This document shows, in pieces, positions 40,480-54,962 of a stretch of 60,000 nt of DNA. The notes under the pieces were generated by a model. The model saw nothing but the letters and a program-made list of their open reading frames with translations, ran no database searches and had not been told where the DNA came from. The stretch comes from Botryllus schlosseri (lineage: Eukaryota). The position numbers and the translations under genes were made by a program. The stretch lies in NCBI GenBank assembly GCA_051294905.1, contig CM119371.1, forward strand, positions 17,052,001 through 17,112,000, in the 5' to 3' direction. Position 1 is the first letter of the stretch. Every line of letters begins with the position of its first letter.

Positions 40480-40556
40480 AAAACTTTCCTTAGCTAGAAT
40501 CGAACCTGGCTTGGATGGGTATAATGTCACGTCGCTCACCACCGGGCTATTGAGCA
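40480..40556 (-). ncRNA. Putative tRNA-like Pol III transcription unit (left arm copy)
   Basis: Minus strand: A-box-like TAGCCCGGTGG, B-box-like GGTTCGATTCT at tRNA-like spacing, then TTTT. Confidence 0.45.
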
Positions 40557-41668
40557 AACTACCCGTATTGAGCTGTTTTGAGAATATAACCGCCGATTCT
40601 CTCTTAAATTCCGAGACAACACCTTTTTCGAGTTATTACACATAAATGTAAGACTATAACAGCTGTGTCATCATTAATTAGTCAATGATTTCGGGGAATT
40701 CTGCAAATGCAACTTAATAATACAGATATCGCAACCATAAAGGCCTACGATCACGCAAAGCTCATGCACCGCGCATATTGCCGAATACTATTCCAAGAAA
40801 TTGACGCGTGTAAATGCGGCACGAATATAGTTGCTTACGATTCCAAGAAGTCGGATCACATCGACAATATGAATTAGAACATTCTAAATATAGTTGCGAT
40901 TCCAAAAAGTCGGATCACATCGATAATGGGAATTAGAACATTCTAAATATAGTTGCGTTTCCAAGAAAACGCCGCGCTGGCGTTACGAATTAGAATGTTT
41001 AGTTCCGACGTAAAGCAATTCGCATTCTGAAAACTTCACATTTCTATTACAAGTATTGCCATGTGCGCAGGGACGCAGGTATCGCAGCTGAGGTAAGACC
41101 AATGTATTTTCGTGTCAATTTAAACTCAATTTAGCTATAATTTCTCGATGCAGCATTAGCTTACGCGAATTGTGAACGCAGATTGATTTACGTTGAGATT
41201 TCTCCAATAGCTAACGTAATGGTGAGTCCTGCGCGTGGCTATAATGTTAACCGGCAATATAGCCGAAGTCGCACAAATTCGAATGTATACGCAAGTTTTC
41301 TGTTAAAGGTAGACTATCTAGGCTCGCTTATTACTCGAATCTCGGTGTGGTTATAATAATTAGCTAGAGCAATAGTTTATCACCTATATTTAAATTCGCT
41401 CATTTCATTTCAGATCAAAACGCCGACATCGCATATACGCAATTTACGCTCGGAAAATTTCGCATTTATCACAACTATCGCGCTATGCACTTCAGCTAAT
41501 GACGCAGGTGATTTAGGCTACATTTCCGTATAGATTCGCACTAAATTTGGTTATAATTACGCGGGTATGCACTTCGGATTTGAGATGGATGTTAGTCTAT
41601 GAATTCTTGCTTTACTCGCGACCTAAAGTTGATAAATTGCGAGTTGTAGCAAGCATCTAACTACTGAG

Positions 41669-43027
41669 ATTATGCCGATTTTACAAGTCCATAAGCTGCT
41701 GCTTTTAGATATGTGATTTTAATAGCTAGTGCACTGATGCTTTTCCGATAGTGAATTAAATCTATAGCTAAACCTATGTCTATGCTATAATTTATCTCCT
41801 AAAACGCTATGCCACTGCGGGCTATAACATTTCAGATCACTGACATCACATCTGTTCCAGACGGTAGCGTTCAAGGCTACATCTTTGCGCAGCTATATCA
41901 AAGAAGTGTGCCGAGGTCGTATCAAAGTCGCTCAACTATAGCATAGATTGTGCCCGCAAAATGCAAATTCGTATTAAGTGTAGCCTGGCTAGCTTCGCTT
42001 ATTACTCAATGTTCAGTAACGCCGTATTAATGTAAGCTGCGTTTGCCGGGGCTATAGGAACGAAGTCACTCAATACAAATTCCTGGCTCTTGCTAGATGA
42101 TGATAATATGAAGCCACTACTCCATAAGCTGCTGCTTTTAGATATGTGATTTGCATTATGCCGATTTTACAAGTCCATAAGCTGCTGCTTTTAGATATGT
42201 GATTTTAATAGTTAGTGCACTGATGCTTTTCCGATAGTGAATTAAATCTATAGCTAAACCTATGTCTATACTATAATTTATCTCCTAAAACGCTATGCCA
42301 CTGCGGGCTATAACATTTCAGATCACTGACATCACATCTGTTCCAGACGCTTGCGTTCAAGGCTACATCTTTGCGCAGCTATATCAAAGAAGTGTGCCGA
42401 GGTCGTATCAAAGTCGCTCAACTATAGCATAGATTGTACCAGCAAAATGCAAATTCGTATTAAGGGTAGCCTGCCTAGTCCCGCTTATTACTCGATGTAT
42501 AGTAACGCCGTAATGTAAGTTGCGTTTGCTGTAGGAGCGAAGTCACTCAATACAAATTCCTGTTTCTTGCTAGATGATGATAATATGAAGCCACTAGCCC
42601 ATAAGCTGCTGCTTTTAGATATGTGATTTGCATTATGCCGATTTTACAAGTCCATAAGCTGCTGCTTTTAGATATGTGATTTTAATAGCTAGTGCACTGA
42701 TGCTTTTCCGACAGTGAATTAAATCTATAGCTAAACCTATGTCTATGCTATAATTTATCTCCTAAAACGGTATGCCACTGCGGGCTATAACATTTCAGAT
42801 CACTGACATCACATTTGTCCCAGACGCTAGCGTTCAAGGCTACATCTCTGCGCAGCTATATCAAAGAAGTGTGCCGAGGTCGTATCAAAGTCGCTCAACT
42901 ATAGCATAGATTGTAGCAGCAAAATGCAAATTCGTATTAAGGGTAGCCTGCCTAGTCCCGCTTATTACTCGATGTTCAGTACCGCCGTAATGTAAGCTGC
43001 GTTTGCTGTAGGAGCGAAGTCACTCAA
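41669..43027 (+). repeat. ~480-bp tandem repeat, ~3 copies; mirrored at ~52492-53850
   Basis: Unit start ATTATGCCGATTTTACAAGTCC at 41669, 42155 and 42632. Confidence 0.92.
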
Positions 43028-43574
43028 TTTTTAGATTCAAATATAGCGTATCGAGTACTTTTTTCTCAACTGTAATAAAAACTTTTAGACTCTGGATTTT
43101 GTGTAGTAGGCTATATACTAATTTACAATACCGCATTTGTAATTCGTGCAAGTACAGGAATATCATAGTTCTTGTAACAAAGTTGTCTGCGCACAATATA
43201 TGTTAATCATAAGTCCTACACATTCATGGTTTCGTCCAAGTTTGAGTTTTAGAAAATATTATACCGACATCGCGGCATCTTTTAAAAACAAAACCATGAT
43301 CAATGGTTGAGAGACCATTTTTGCTATTTTTCATTGACATAAGTCATTCTGGAACGCGAAAACGCATTGTACGATATAGATGAAAATTAAGCAAATCCTA
43401 GGATCCTCATTTTCAAAGTAGCTTAGATCTCGAAATAAGCTTTGACTCGCTATTCTCCTCAAACCATGGAATTATCACGAGTATCAGCACCTTCGATCAC
43501 TGAAGAAAAGGATGAAATTATATCCGAAGCATATTCCTTGACCAGGAATTTTATCATGTACGAACTCGACGGCT

Positions 43575-46370
43575 CATGCTAATATGTGACTCCTCACCTT
43601 GAAACTTGGTACGTAGTTGTAGGAATTGTGATAATGCAGCATACCAAATTTCCTCACGCATTTCATAATGGAACAACTTTAAAACTAACGCGGTTCTACA
43701 TCGACTTTTTGCGTACATCTGTTTTGCGTGGGGGCGTATAGCACGTACCTATACATAGTCAACTTTAACAACGGAATTACCATGCTTAACATTGAATCCC
43801 AACTCGAAACTTGATACGTAGTTGTAGAACATTATGGCAATGCACCATGCTAAATTTCATCACACATCTAATGATGGAACACCTTTAAAACTAACGCAGT
43901 CGAATACCGACTTTTACGCATATCTGTTTTGCGTGAACATAGCATATACCTATACATAGTCAATTTTAATAGCAGAATTACCGTGTTAAACATTGAATTC
44001 CCACCTTGAAAGTTGGTACGCGGTTATAGGAGATTATAACAATGCACCATACCAAATCCCATCACACATTTCATGATGGAACAACTTTAAAACTAACGCG
44101 GCTCTACATCGACTTTTTGCGTACATCTGTTTTGTGGGAGCGTATAGCACGTAGCCTACCCATACATAGCCAACTTTAATAACGGAATTACCATGCTTAA
44201 CATTGAATCCCAACTCGAAACTTGATACGTAGTTATAGGACATTATGGCAATTCACCATGCTAAATTTCATCACACATCTAATGATGGAACACCTTTGAA
44301 ACTATCGCAGTCGAATACCAACTTTTACGCATATCTGTTTTTCGTGAACATAGCATATACCCATACATAGTCAATTTTAATAACAGAATTAGCATGCTAA
44401 ACATTAAATTCTCACCTTGAACGTTGATACGCGGTTATAGGACATAATAACAATGCACCATACCAAATTTTGTCAGACATTTCATGATGTAACACCTTTA
44501 AAACCAACGCAGTTCTATACAGACTTTTGGCTAAATCTGTTTTTCCGTAGCGTAGCACGTACCTATACATAGTCAACTTTAATAACGGATTTAGCATGTT
44601 AATAATCGACTTAGTTTAAATAAAATACGGAATATAAACTAATCGAAAAATTCGGTAACCAATTTCGCGTAGGCTATGCATGCATACAAATGAGGAAAGT
44701 TACATCAACGCGTGTTAAAGTAGCTGTATCGAGTTATCGAATGATTTTTCCTTACATCAAAACAACTAGAATGTATAACTAAATTGAAAAACGTATCTAA
44801 ATGAGCTCCAGGGCATTGTGATTATGCTGCATACCAAATTTCATCACACATTTCATGATGGAACAACTTTAAAACTAACGCAGTTCTATAGCAACTTTTG
44901 CCTAAATCTGTTTTCGGTAGCGTGTACATATACATAGTCAGATTTATTAACAGAATTATCATGCTAATATGTGACTCCTCACCTTGAAACTTGGTACGTA
45001 GTTGTAGGACATTGTGATTATGCAGCATACCAAATTTCTTCACGCATTTCATAATGGAACAACTTTAAAACTAACGCGGTTCTACATCGACTTTTTGCGT
45101 ACATCTGTTTTGCGAGGGGGCGTATAGCACGTACCTATACATAGTCAACTTTAACAACGGAATTACCATGCTTAACATTGAATCCCAACTCGAAACTTGA
45201 TACGTAGTTGTAGGACATTATGGCAATGCACCATGCTAAATTTCATCACACATCTAATGATGGAACACCTTTAAAACTAACGCAGTCGAATACCGACTTT
45301 TACGCATATCTGTTTTGCGTGAACATAGCATATACCTATACATAGTCAATTTTAATAGCAGAATTACCGTGTTAAACATTGAATTCCCACCTTGAAAGTT
45401 GGTACGCGGTTATAGGAGATTATAACAATGCACCATACCAAATCCCATCACACATTTCATGATGGAACAACTTTAAAACTAACGCGGCTCTACATCGACT
45501 TTTTGCGTACATCTGTTTTGCGGGAGCGCATAGCACGTAGCCTACCCATACATAACCAAATTTAATAACGGAATTACCATGCTTAACATTGAATCCCAAC
45601 TCGAAACTTGATACGTAGTTATAGGACATTATGGCAATTCACCATGCTAAAGTTCATCACACATCTAATGATGGAACACCTTTGAAACTATCGCAGTCGA
45701 ATACCAACTTTTACGCATATCTGTTTTTCGTGAACATAGCATATACCCATACATAGTCAATTTTAATAACAGAATTAGCATGCTAAACATTAAATTCTCA
45801 CCTTGAACGTTGATACGCGGTTGTAGGACATAATAACAATGCACCATACCAAATTTCGTCAGACATTTCATGATGTAACACCTTTAAAACCAACGCAGTT
45901 CTATACAGACTTTTGGCTAAATCTGTTTTTCCGTAGCGTAGCACGTACCTATACATAGTCAACTTTAATAACGGATTTAGCATGTTAATAATCGACTCCC
46001 CACCTTGAAACTCGGTACGCAGTTGTAAGACATTATGACAATGCACCATGTCAAATTTTGTTACGCATTTCTTGATTGAACAACTTTAAAACTAACGCAG
46101 TTCCATACCGACTTTTGCGAGTGCGTAGCACGTACCTATATGCATACTCAACTTTCATAACGGAATTACCGAGCTAAACATTGAATGCGCAACTTGAAGA
46201 TTGGTTCACAGGTGTAGGGCAGTATGACAATGGAACACATCAAATTTCATCACACATTTCATGATGGAACACCTTTAAAACTAACGCAGTTCTATACCAA
46301 CCTCGCGTGAATCTGTTTGCGGGAGCGTAGCACGTACCTATGCGTGATCAACTTTAGTGATGGAATTACA
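43575..46370 (+). repeat. ~185-190-bp satellite-like array with a 1386-bp higher-order duplication; mirrored at ~49150-51945
   Basis: Recurring ACCAAATTTCATCACACATTTCATGATGGAACA.CTTTAAAACTAACGC; ORFs 44034 and 45420 are offset by 1386 bp; unique interruption at ~44610-44810. Confidence 0.92.
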
Positions 46371-46443
46371 TATGTAATTAAGTTTCAACACTTTTACAAT
46401 GATTCGTCTTGCTTCCTATAACATCCCACTCGAGAAAATGCGT

Positions 46444-47730
46444 CGTAGGATATAGATGAAACTAGCACCACTCATCAAGACCGCTGAAAACAGTACATTT
46501 CAACATTTAGTAGCAGTAAATTTCTAGTAAAGTACAAGACGTGATGATTTCCGAGTGAGCTAAAAAGTAAGTATTGCAGGTATAGTTTACCTGAAAACCG
46601 AATACTCTGAAATAGAAGTAGATGCAGTGTAAATAGTTAATCACTTGATTAAGTTTAGTGCAAGCAGATAAAACCTATACTTGAGTAGTACAAAATGCAC
46701 GAGTACTTCGCTATCGCCTCCCTCCACGTAATAAGTGTCTACGGTTTAAGACTGCTTTTACCGATACTCGTCCGTTTCAGTTTTAGATAGAATTCGGAAA
46801 CCAAATAATTTCATAGACATAAGCTAATTTAATGAATTTACTCGAATGTACTATGCTGCGCTGATAAGATTAATTATAATATACTTATCATGTTACAGCG
46901 ATTTTTCTAGCGTAGAAAATCTTTAAAATGTAGTAAGCAGGCCAAATGAAGATATTCGTTGAGCTGAATAAACATAAAAAATACTCTAGACTACTTTATC
47001 GGTACTTTACAGTTACAGTTTTAGATAAAATTTGTCCCTTTCACCCATAATTACAACTCCTCGCTATCTAAACATGTTTAGAATATATTATTTGCGATGA
47101 TACGAACCCGTGAAGTACTCAAGTTGCTTTTCGTAGGATATAGATGAAACTGACAACACTCACCAAGACCAGTGATCCACTGAAAAAAGTACATTGTAGC
47201 AGTAAAGTCCTACTAAAGTACAAGAAGTAATGATTTCCCAGTTAGTTAAAAAGTAAGTATTCAGGTATAGTTTGGTCGAAAAAGCGAAAAACTCTGAAAT
47301 AGAAGTAGATGCAGTGGAAATAGGTAATCACTTCATTAAGTATAGCGCAAGCAGGCCAAACCTATACTTAAGTACTGCAAATGTACAAGTACTTCGCTAT
47401 GTTCTCCCTCCACGTAAAAAGTGACTAGGTTTTAGAGTACTTTATCGGTACTCGACAGTTTCAGTGTTAGATGAAATTTGGTAAGACTTTAAATTTCAAA
47501 GTAGTTTGAGCTTACGTTTGTATCACCTTGACAAGTAACATTATCAGACATGAAAATGATACTATCACCGAATATAGAAGTTAACACGCGTCAGTGTGCT
47601 TCGGAATTCACGAGAAATTGCTTACTAAGAGAAGTATATTGTTGTATACACAATAGTGGAGAGAATATTTAAAATGTAGTTAGCAGGCCGATGGGTATTC
47701 GTTTAGTTGTACAGGCATAAAAAACATTCC
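46444..47730 (+). repeat. Diverged ~690-bp tandem duplication next to the palindrome centre; mirrored in the right arm
   Basis: CGTAGGATATAGATGAAACT at ~46444 and ~47132; CTCTGAAATAGAAGTAGATGCAGTG occurs in both. Confidence 0.85.
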
Positions 47731-47737
47731 CGCGCGC

Positions 47738-47781
47738 GTCTTAGTATTAGGTGGTAGGGTTAGGAAGTGTTTTGTTTAAGA
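47738..47781. other. 44-bp asymmetric central spacer of the palindrome
   Basis: GTCTTAGTATTAGGTGGTAGGGTTAGGAAGTGTTTTGTTTAAGA, between CCCGCGCGC and GCGCGCGGG. Confidence 0.95.
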
Positions 47782-50700
47782 GCGCGCGGGAATGTTTTTT
47801 ATGCCTGTACAACTAAACGAATACCCATCGGCCTGCTAACTACATTTTAAATATTCTCTCCACTATTGTGTATACAACAATATACTTCTCTTAGTAAGCA
47901 ATTTCTCGTGAATTCCGAAGCACATTGACGCGTGTTAACTTCTATATTCGGTGATAGTATCATTTTCATGTCCGATAATGTTACTTGTCAAGGTGATACA
48001 AACGTAAGCTCAAACTACTTTGAAATTTAAAGTCTTACCAAATTTTATCTAACACTGAAACTGTCGAGTACCGATAAAGTACTCTAAAACCTAGTCACTT
48101 TTTACGTGGAGGGAGAACATAGCGAAGTACTTGTACATTTGCAGTACTTAAGTATAGGTTTGGCCTGCTTGCGCTATACTTAATGAAGTGATTACCTATT
48201 TACACTGCATCTACTTCTATTTCAGAGTTTTTCGCTTTTTCGACCAAACTATACCTGAATACTTACTTTTTAACTAACTGGGAAATCATTACTTCTTGTA
48301 CTTTAGTAGGACTTTACTGCTACAATGTACTTTTTTCAGTGGATCACTGGTCTTGGTGAGTGTTGTCAGTTTCATCTATATCCTACGAAAAGCAACTTGA
48401 GTACTTCACGGGTTCGTATCATCGCAAATAATATATTCTAAACATGTTTAGATAGCGAGGAGTTGTAATTATGGGTGAAAGGGACAAATTTTATCTAAAA
48501 CTGTAACTGTAAAGTACCGATAAAGTAGTCTAGAGTATTTTTTATGTTTATTCAGCTCAACGAATATCTTCATTTGGCCTGCTTACTACATTTTAAAGAT
48601 TTTCTACGCTAGAAAAATCGCTGTAACATGATAAGTATATTATAATTAATCTTATCAGCGCAGCATAGTACATTCGAGTAAATTCATTAAATTAGCTTAT
48701 GTTTATGAAATTATTTGGTTTCCGAATTCTATCTAAAACTGAAACGGACGAGTATCGGTAAAAGCAGTCTTAAACCGTAGACACTTATTACGTGGAGGGA
48801 GGCGATAGCGAAGTACTCGTGCATTTTGTACTACTCAAGTATAGGTTTTATCTGCTTGCACTAAACTTAATCAAGTGATTAACTATTTACACTGCATCTA
48901 CTTCTATTTCAGAGTATTCGGTTTTCAGGTAAACTATACCTGCAATACTTACTTTTTAGCTCACTCGGAAATCATCACGTCTTGTACTTTACTAGAAATT
49001 TACTGCTACTAAATGTTGAAATGTACTGTTTTCAGCGGTCTTGATGAGTGGTGCTAGTTTCATCTATATCCTACGACGCATTTTCTCGAGTGGGATGTTA
49101 TAGGAAGCAAGACGAATCATTGTAAAAGTGTTGAAACTTAATTACATATGTAATTCCATCACTAAAGTTGATCACGCATAGGTACGTGCTACGCTCCCGC
49201 AAACAGATTCACGCGAGGTTGGTATAGAACTGCGTTAGTTTTAAAGGTGTTCCATCATGAAATGTGTGATGAAATTTGATGTGTTCCATTGTCATACTGC
49301 CCTACACCTGTGAACCAATCTTCAAGTTGCGCATTCAATGTTTAGCTCGGTAATTCCGTTATGAAAGTTGAGTATGCATATAGGTACGTGCTACGCACTC
49401 GCAAAAGTCGGTATGGAACTGCGTTAGTTTTAAAGTTGTTCAATCAAGAAATGCGTAACAAAATTTGACATGGTGCATTGTCATAATGTCTTACAACTGC
49501 GTACCGAGTTTCAAGGTGGGGAGTCGATTATTAACATGCTAAATCCGTTATTAAAGTTGACTATGTATAGGTACGTGCTACGCTACGGAAAAACAGATTT
49601 AGCCAAAAGTCTGTATAGAACTGCGTTGGTTTTAAAGGTGTTACATCATGAAATGTCTGACGAAATTTGGTATGGTGCATTGTTATTATGTCCTACAACC
49701 GCGTATCAACGTTCAAGGTGAGAATTTAATGTTTAGCATGCTAATTCTGTTATTAAAATTGACTATGTATGGGTATATGCTATGTTCACGAAAAACAGAT
49801 ATGCGTAAAAGTTGGTATTCGACTGCGATAGTTTCAAAGGTGTTCCATCATTAGATGTGTGATGAACTTTAGCATGGTGAATTGCCATAATGTCCTATAA
49901 CTACGTATCAAGTTTCGAGTTGGGATTCAATGTTAAGCATGGTAATTCCGTTATTAAATTTGGTTATGTATGGGTAGGCTACGTGCTATGCGCTCCCGCA
50001 AAACAGATGTACGCAAAAAGTCGATGTAGAGCCGCGTTAGTTTTAAAGTTGTTCCATCATGAAATGTGTGATGGGATTTGGTATGGTGCATTGTTATAAT
50101 CTCCTATAACCGCGTACCAACTTTCAAGGTGGGAATTCAATGTTTAACACGGTAATTCTGCTATTAAAATTGACTATGTATAGGTATATGCTATGTTCAC
50201 GCAAAACAGATATGCGTAAAAGTCGGTATTCGACTGCGTTAGTTTTAAAGGTGTTCCATCATTAGATGTGTGATGAAATTTAGCATGGTGCATTGCCATA
50301 ATGTCCTACAACTACGTATCAAGTTTCGAGTTGGGATTCAATGTTAAGCATGGTAATTCCGTTGTTAAAGTTGACTATGTATAGGTACGTGCTATACGCC
50401 CCCACGCAAAACAGATGTACGCAAAAAGTCGATGTAGAACCGCGTTAGTTTTAAAGTTGTTCCATTATGAAATGCGTGAAGAAATTTGGTATGCTGCATA
50501 ATCACAATGTCCTACAACTACGTACCAAGTTTCAAGGTGAGGAGTCACATATTAGCATGATAATTCTGTTAATAAATCTGACTATGTATATGTACACGCT
50601 ACCGAAAACAGATTTAGGCAAAAGTTGCTATAGAACTGCGTTAGTTTTAAAGTTGTTCCATCATGAAATGTGTGATGAAATTTGGTATGCAGCATAATCA

Positions 50701-53700
50701 CAATGCCCTGGAGCTCATTTAGATACGTTTTTCAATTTAGTTATACATTCTAGTTGTTTTGATGTAAGGAAAAATCATTCGATAACTCGATACAGCTACT
50801 TTAACACGCGTTGATGTAACTTTCCTCATTTGTATGCATGCATAGCCTACGCGAAATTGGTTACCGAATTTTTCGATTAGTTTATATTCCGTATTTTATT
50901 TAAACTAAGTCGATTATTAACATGCTAAATCCGTTATTAAAGTTGACTATGTATAGGTACGTGCTACGCTACGGAAAAACAGATTTAGCCAAAAGTCTGT
51001 ATAGAACTGCGTTGGTTTTAAAGGTGTTACATCATGAAATGTCTGACGAAATTTGGTATGGTGCATTGCTATTATGTCCTATAACCGCGTATCAACGTTC
51101 AAGGTGAGAATTTAATGTTTAGCATGCTAATTCTGTTATTAAAATTGACTATGTATGGGTATATGCTATGTTCACGAAAAACAGATATGCGTAAAAGTTG
51201 GTATTCGACTGCGATAGTTTCAAAGGTGTTCCATCATTAGATGTGTGATGAAATTTAGCATGGTGAATTGCCATAATGTCCTATAACTACGTATCAAGTT
51301 TCGAGTTGAGATTCAATGTTAAGCATGGTAATTCCGTTATTAAAGTTGGCTATGTATGGGTAGGCTACGTGCTATACGCTCCCACAAAACAGATGTACGC
51401 AAAAAGTCGATGTAGAGCCGCGTTAGTTTTAAAGTTGTTCCATCATGAAATGTGTGATGGGATTTGGTATGGTGCATTGTTATAATCTCCTATAACCGCG
51501 TACCAACTTTCAAGGTGGAAATTCAATGTTTAACACGGTAATTCTGCTATTAAAATTGACTATGTATAGGTATATGCTATGTTCACGCAAAACAGATATG
51601 CGTAAAAGTCGGTATTCGACTGCGTTAGTTTTAAAGGTGTTCCATCATTAGATGTGTGATGAAATTTAGCATGGTGCATTGCCATAATGTTCTACAACTA
51701 CGTATCAAGTTTCGAGTTGGGATTCAATGTTAAGCATGGTAATTCCGTTGTTAAAGTTGACTATGTATAGGTACGTGCTATACGCCCCCACGCAAAACAG
51801 ATGTACGCAAAAAGTCGATGTAGAACCGCGTTAGTTTTAAAGTTGTTCCATTATGAAATGCGTGAGGAAATTTGGTATGCTGCATTATCACAATTCCTAC
51901 AACTACGTACCAAGTTTCAAGGTGAGGAGTCACATATTAGCATGAGCCGTCGAGTTCGTACATGATAAAATTCCTGGTCAAGGAATATGCTTCGGATATA
52001 ATTTCATCCTTTTCTTCAGTGATCGAAGGTGCTGATACTCGTGATAATTCCATGGTTTGAGGAGAATAGCGAGTCAAAGCTTATTTCGAGATCTAAGCTA
52101 CTTTGAAAATGAGGATCCTAGGATTTGCTTAATTTTCATCTATATCGTACAATGCGTTTTCGCGTTCCAGAATGACTTATGTCAATGAAAAATAGCAAAA
52201 ATGGTCTCTCAACCATTGATCATGGTTTTGTTTTTAAAAGATGCCGCGATGTCGGTATAATATTTTCTAAAACTCAAACTTGGACGAAACCATGAATGTG
52301 TAGGACTTATGATTAACATATATTGTGCGCAGACAACTTTGTTACAAGAACTATGATATTCCTGTACTTGCACGAATTACAAATGCGGTATTGTAAATTA
52401 GTATATAGCCTACTACACAAAATCCAGAGTCTAAAAGTTTTTATTACAGTTGAGAAAAAAGTATTCGATACGCTATATTTGAATCTAAAAATTGAGTGAC
52501 TTCGCTCCTACAGCAAACGCAGCTTACATTACGGCGGTACTGAACATCGAGTAATAAGCGGGACTAGGCAGGCTACCCTTAATACGAATTTGCATTTTGC
52601 TGCTACAATCTATGCTATAGTTGAGCGACTTTGATACGACCTCGGCACACTTCTTTGATATAGCTGCGCAGAGATGTAGCCTTGAACGCAAGCGTCTGGG
52701 ACAAATGTGATGTCAGTGATCTGAAATGTTATAGCCCGCAGTGGCATACCGTTTTAGGAGATAAATTATAGCATAGACATAGGTTTATCTATAGATTTAA
52801 TTCACTGTCGGAAAAGCATCAGTGCACTAGCTATTAAAATCACATATCTAAAAGCAGCAGCTTATGGACTTGTAAAATCGGCATAATGCAAATCACATAT
52901 CTAAAAGCAGCAGCTTATGGGCTAGTGGCTTCATATTATCATCATCTAGCAAGAAACAGGAATTTGTATTGAGTGACTTCGCTCCTACAGCAAACGCAAC
53001 TTACATTACGGCGTTACTATACATCGAGTAATAAGCGGGACTAGGCAGGCTACCCTTAATACGAATTTGCATTTTGCTGGTACAATCTATGCTATAGTTG
53101 AGCGACTTTGATACGACCTCGGCACACTTCTTTGATATAGCTGCGCAAAGATGTAGCCTTGAACGCAAGCGTCTGGAACAGATGTGATGTCAGTGATCTG
53201 AAATGTTATAGCCCGCAGTGGCATAGCGTTTTAGGAGATAAATTATAGTATAGACATAGGTTTAGCTATAGATTTAATTCACTATCGGAAAAGCATCAGT
53301 GCACTAACTATTAAAATCACATATCTAAAAGCAGCAGCTTATGGACTTGTAAAATCGGCATAATGCAAATCACATATCTAAAAGCAGCAGCTTATGGAGT
53401 AGTGGCTTCATATTATCATCATCTAGCAAGAGCCAGGAATTTGTATTGAGTGACTTCGTTCCTATAGCCCCGGCAAACGCAGCTTACATTAATACGGCGT
53501 TACTGAACATTGAGTAATAAGCGAAGCTAGCCAGGCTACACTTAATACGAATTTGCATTTTGCGGGCACAATCTATGCTATAGTTGAGCGACTTTGATAC
53601 GACCTCGGCACACTTCTTTGATATAGCTGCGCAAAGATGTAGCCTTGAACGCTACCGTCTGGAACAGATGTGATGTCAGTGATCTGAAATGTTATAGCCC

Positions 53701-54962
53701 GCAGTGGCATAGCGTTTTAGGAGATAAATTATAGCATAGACATAGGTTTAGCTATAGATTTAATTCACTATCGGAAAAGCATCAGTGCACTAGCTATTAA
53801 AATCACATATCTAAAAGCAGCAGCTTATGGACTTGTAAAATCGGCATAATCTCAGTAGTTAGATGCTTGCTACAACTCGCAATTTATCAACTTTAGGTCG
53901 CGAGTAAAGCAAGAATTCATAGACTAACATCCATCTCAAATCCGAAGTGCATACCCGCGTAATTATAACCAAATTTAGTGCGAATCTATACGGAAATGTA
54001 GCCTAAATCACCTGCGTCATTAGCTGAAGTGCATAGCGCGATAGTTGTGATAAATGCGAAATTTTCCGAGCGTAAATTGCGTATATGCGATGTCGGCGTT
54101 TTGATCTGAAATGAAATGAGCGAATTTAAATATAGGTGATAAACTATTGCTCTAGCTAATTATTATAACCACACCGAGATTCGAGTAATAAGCGAGCCTA
54201 GATAGTCTACCTTTAACAGAAAACTTGCGTATACATTCGAATTTGTGCGACTTCGGCTATATTGCCGGTTAACATTATAGCCACGCGCAGGACTCACCAT
54301 TACGTTAGCTATTGGAGAAATCTCAACGTAAATCAATCTGCGTTCACAATTCGCGTAAGCTAATGCTGCATCGAGAAATTATAGCTAAATTGAGTTTAAA
54401 TTGACACGAAAATACATTGGTCTTACCTCAGCTGCGATGCCTGCGTCCCTGCGCACATGGCAATACTTGTAATAGAAATGTGAAGTTTTCAGAATGCGAA
54501 TTGCTTTACGTCGGAACTAAACATTCTAATTCGTAACGCCAGCGCGGCGTTTTCTTGGAAACGCAACTATATTTAGAATGTTCTAATTCCCATTATCGAT
54601 GTGATCCGACTTTTTGGAATCGCAACTATATTTAGAATGTTCTAATTCATATTGTCGATGTGATCCGACTTCTTGGAATCGTAAGCAACTATATTCGTGC
54701 CGCATTTACACGCGTCAATTTCTTGGAATAGTATTCGGCAATATGCGCGGTGCATGAGCTTTGCGTGATCGTAGGCCTTTATGGTTGCGATATCTGTATT
54801 ATTAAGTTGCATTTGCAGAATTCCCCGAAATCATTGACTAATTAATGATGACACAGCTGTTATAGTCTTACATTTATGTGTAATAACTCGAAAAAGGTGT
54901 TGTCTCGGAATTTAAGAGAGAATCGGCGGTTATATTCTCAAAACAGCTCAATACGGGTAGTT

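Noticed and set aside
40139..40645. 168-aa His/Pro-rich ORF and its mirror at 54874-55380 as a gene
   Set aside because: It runs through subterminal tandem repeats and the antisense of the Pol III-like cassette; the arm differences I checked are non-synonymous; no recognisable domain.
44034..51485. Repeated short ORFs (e.g. ALVLKLFHHEMCD) as a repeat protein
   Set aside because: By-products of the ~187-bp DNA repeat, broken by stops and frame changes between units.
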